Both the position numbers and the translations under genes were made by a program. Positions 55,731 to 58,332 of a stretch of 58,332 bases of DNA are shown here, in pieces. The notes beneath the pieces are model-generated. The model did not search any database. It saw only the letters and a program-made list of their open reading frames with translations, and was not told the DNA's origin. Source of the stretch: Bacteroidia bacterium (GTDB lineage Bacteria; Bacteroidota; Bacteroidia; NS11-12g; UBA9320); NCBI GenBank assembly GCA_016779945.1, contig JADHMR010000004.1, positions 1-58,332 of the forward strand, given 5' to 3'. Within the stretch, counting starts at the first letter, position 1; the number at the start of each line of letters is the position of its first letter.

Positions 55731-56576
55731 TTAAAACTGCTTTAAACTCAAATCTAAACTACGAACCGAGTGGGTTAATGCACCGACCGATATAAAATCA
55801 ACGCCGGTTTCTGCATAATTTCTAATTGTAGATTCTGTAATTCCACCACTTGCCTCAGTTTCACAACGACCATTTACAAGATTAACAGCTTTAACCATCT
55901 CATCAGGTGAGAAATTATCAAACATAATACGGTCAACACCAACAGACAAAGCCTCTTCAACTTCTTCTAAATTACGTGTCTCAACCTCTATTTTTAATTG
56001 CCTATTTTGACTTTTCAAGTACGATTTTGTCTGATTAACTCCTGCAGTTATTCCGCCCGCATAATCATTGTGGTTATCTTTAAGCATCACCATATCATAG
56101 AGCCCCATTCGATGATTTACACCACCACCAACAGAAACTGCGTACTTTTCAAATACCCTCATTCCAGGTGTGGTTTTACGTGTATCGAGTAATTGAGCAT
56201 TGGTGACGCTTATCATATCTACCAATCGTTTGGTAAATGTAGAAATTCCGCTCATTCGCTGCATGAAGTTTAGCACTAATCGTTCAGCTTGAAGAATACT
56301 GTGTATATTACCGCTGATATTAAATGCGATATCTCCAACGTTTACAATGCTTCCCTCCTCAATGAAGGATTCAAAAACTAATGTTGAATCGAGTCGGTTA
56401 AAAATATGTGCTGCTAAATCTATTCCACATATCACTCCAACATCTTTGACAAGTAATCGTGCTCTCCCTTTTTGATTAGGAGGAATTGCTCCAAGGCTAC
56501 TGTGATCACCATCTCCAATATCTTCTGCTATGGCTAAATCAATAAGTTTAACGACATGAGAATCTGCAAAATTCAT
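55731..56576 (-). CDS. nadC: Nicotinate-nucleotide pyrophosphorylase (carboxylating)
   Basis: 281 aa. LDTRKTTPGMR, MLKDNH, EASGGI motifs. Confidence 0.95.
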   Translation of the reverse strand: MNFADSHVVKLIDLAIAEDIGDGDHSSLGAIPPNQKGRARLLVKDVGVICGIDLAAHIFNRLDSTLVFESFIEEGSIVNVGDIAFNISGNIHSILQAERLVLNFMQRMSGISTFTKRLVDMISVTNAQLLDTRKTTPGMRVFEKYAVSVGGGVNHRMGLYDMVMLKDNHNDYAGGITAGVNQTKSYLKSQNRQLKIEVETRNLEEVEEALSVGVDRIMFDNFSPDEMVKAVNLVNGRCETEASGGITESTIRNYAETGVDFISVGALTHSVRSLDLSLKQF

Positions 56577-56737
56577 GACACAAAAATCTACATTAATTAT
56601 CAGAAAGTTCTAATTTGATTAAATAAGTGTAGCTGAATGAAATATTCGATTAATTTTTTATAAATTATTAATCATTTTTTATGCTCATAATCACCCAGTT
56701 AGGAACTAATTAAGATTAGAGTACTTAATTTGCATCT

Positions 56738-57427
56738 GTGTCGAAACATCTTTTTTTTGATTTAGATCATACCCTTTGGGATTTTGAGGCAAATGCTGAA
56801 GAAACACTGAAAGAGCTTTATGACCTCTATGAAATCAAATACCTAGCTCCAATAAGCTCGGAGGAATTTATTGAAATCTACTCAAAAATAAATCATGATC
56901 TATGGAAGTTATACCGAAATCACGGGATAACAAAGGCCCAATTACGGGTGCAACGCTTTGAAGATACTTTTTTAGCAATGGGAGTTGAACACAAACATAT
57001 TCCAAAGGATATTGGCGAAAAGTATGTGGAAATATGTCCAACTAAAACCGCATTAATAAGTGGTGCAAGAGAAGTTTTAGACTATTTACAACAAGATTAC
57101 ACGCTGCATATCATTACTAATGGATTTGAAGAATCGCAGAATAAAAAACTAAAATACTCAGATTTAGGTAGGTATTTTCAAAGCATCACCATCTCTGAAC
57201 ATGTGGGAAAACAAAAACCACACCCATTAGTATTTGAAACAGCACTAAAAAATGCTAAATGTGAATCTAATCATGGCATTTATATCGGTGATAATTTGGA
57301 TGCAGATATTAAAGGGGCTATCAATGCGGGATGGAAAGCATTTTGGTTGACACAAGATTCAAAAGGTTATACTAATCCAGATTGTCAAATTATAAGTACC
57401 CTCCGAGAACTAAAAACCTATTTTTAG
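56738..57427 (+). CDS. HAD-superfamily hydrolase (YjjG-like nucleotidase subfamily)
   Basis: FFDLDHTLWDF motif I, ITNG motif II, GDNLDADIKGA motif IV. GTG start. Confidence 0.8.
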   Translation: MSKHLFFDLDHTLWDFEANAEETLKELYDLYEIKYLAPISSEEFIEIYSKINHDLWKLYRNHGITKAQLRVQRFEDTFLAMGVEHKHIPKDIGEKYVEICPTKTALISGAREVLDYLQQDYTLHIITNGFEESQNKKLKYSDLGRYFQSITISEHVGKQKPHPLVFETALKNAKCESNHGIYIGDNLDADIKGAINAGWKAFWLTQDSKGYTNPDCQIISTLRELKTYF

Positions 57428-58332
57428 GGTTTGAATGAACGCATAAAAAGTTCCCAATCCCAAGCATTATCTGATTGCCAGCAACCATCAAAATTAAATT
57501 GGGAAATAAATAGCAATACAGCCAGGGCTAGCATGAAAATTTGAGCTATTCTGAGCTTATTTAGAGAGTTACTCTTCAGAATAAAGCTGATTGGCAAGGC
57601 AAAAAATGCTAAATGTTCTGTAAAACCTCGATGTCCAAAACCACATCCCAATTCTGGCGACCACCATCCTGCGTAGGTAAAACTAATCACTAAAAAATAA
57701 ACGAGATAAAAAGCTATTATTCTATTATTACGCCATTGCTTGATAACAGCTAAAAACACGAGAAGTAGAATCGGACTATATAATAATGCTCCATTATTTG
57801 GTGAAAACCAAAATTTCATTAGATCCAAATTCCCAAAATTTGAAAAGCTTTCACCAGCATACCCATCTGCAATAGGTTTGCCATATGCGTAATAATTGTA
57901 ACCTAATTGAAGAAAAACTGGGATACTGGCTAGCGAAAAACCCAGCAGCCACCCCCATACATTAATATCTAAAACTATTTTTTTAAAATTACTCCGTTTA
58001 CTAATAAGAATATAACTCACTGGGAAAATGACAAAAACTGAGTTTAGTGGTCTCAGAACAAGAAGCAGAGAACCTAAAATAAGAATCAATATAAAATCTA
58101 TATTTTTTATATTTTGATTATGGAAAATCTTTAAAAGTAGGTATTGAATTCCTGCAAAAACAGTAAATGAATAAGCGTGGGACATTCCACAATCTCGTGT
58201 TGTATAGTAAAGCAAATTAGAGAGAAATAAAATTCCTAAAACTAGCATATAGCTTTGCATGTGCGATAGGTTCCAATAATAGACTGCACATAGAAAAAGG
58301 AGAAATAGTCCTATTGTACCCCATATGGCAGT
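57424..58332 (-). CDS. Polytopic membrane protein, possibly GT-C-type glycosyltransferase (5' end beyond the right edge)
   Basis: The frame stays open upstream of the track's ATG 58260 to the window edge (TAIWGTIGLFLLFLCAVYYWNLSH-MQSY...). At least 8 TM helices. The function call is weak. Confidence 0.45.
   Translation of the reverse strand, partial: TAIWGTIGLFLLFLCAVYYWNLSHMQSYMLVLGILFLSNLLYYTTRDCGMSHAYSFTVFAGIQYLLLKIFHNQNIKNIDFILILILGSLLLVLRPLNSVFVIFPVSYILISKRSNFKKIVLDINVWGWLLGFSLASIPVFLQLGYNYYAYGKPIADGYAGESFSNFGNLDLMKFWFSPNNGALLYSPILLLVFLAVIKQWRNNRIIAFYLVYFLVISFTYAGWWSPELGCGFGHRGFTEHLAFFALPISFILKSNSLNKLRIAQIFMLALAVLLFISQFNFDGCWQSDNAWDWELFMRSFKP

Noticed and set aside
1-58332. Visual search of the whole window for tRNA/rRNA genes, CRISPR repeats, transposases, integrases, phage genes, toxin-antitoxin pairs and known defence-system genes.
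   Set aside because: None was recognised. All ORFs of 100 aa or more that are not antisense shadows of other genes are accounted for by housekeeping or envelope functions. Apart from the gap at 10069-10493 (reported as a finding) and the rarA upstream region, the only intergenic gaps over 150 bp are 41076-41301 and 56577-56737, and neither shows a recognisable structured-RNA signature.

Overview
AT-rich, very gene-dense chromosomal segment of about 60 protein-coding genes with short gaps and many 1-20 nt overlaps. It probably comes from a Bacteroidota, Flavobacteriia-like genome. Supporting evidence: two proteins carry T9SS C-terminal sorting domains, there are two TonB-dependent receptors, exact TAnnTTTG -7 promoter boxes lie upstream of many genes, and no Shine-Dalgarno-like spacing is visible. 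Most of the window is housekeeping: coaX, birA, rsfS, proS, accC, a DEAD-box helicase, csp, aspS, asnS, rarA, rdgB, iscSUA, mce, pth, rbfA, aconitase, rpoN, folA and nadC. By eye I found no rRNA, tRNA, CRISPR array, transposase, integrase or phage genes, so this looks like core genome rather than an island. The loci most worth follow-up are listed here. (1) A tightly packed operon of DUF4856 lipoprotein, imelysin-like lipoprotein, HTTM (vitamin-K-carboxylase-fold) membrane protein and TonB receptor (26351-32319). (2) A lipoprotein that fuses a c-type haem motif to a copper monooxygenase domain of the PHM/DBH type, transcribed divergently from an N-acyl-amino-acid lipid synthase gene pair (22473-25678). 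(3) A TonB receptor followed by a T9SS-exported alpha/beta-hydrolase homologue in which both the nucleophile serine and the HGGG oxyanion motif are replaced (11591-16194). (4) A rarA gene whose conserved N-terminus has no canonical start codon. (5) Several genes whose -7 box sits only 4-8 nt from the start codon, which suggests leaderless mRNAs. All product calls rest on motif recognition by eye; no database search was run.
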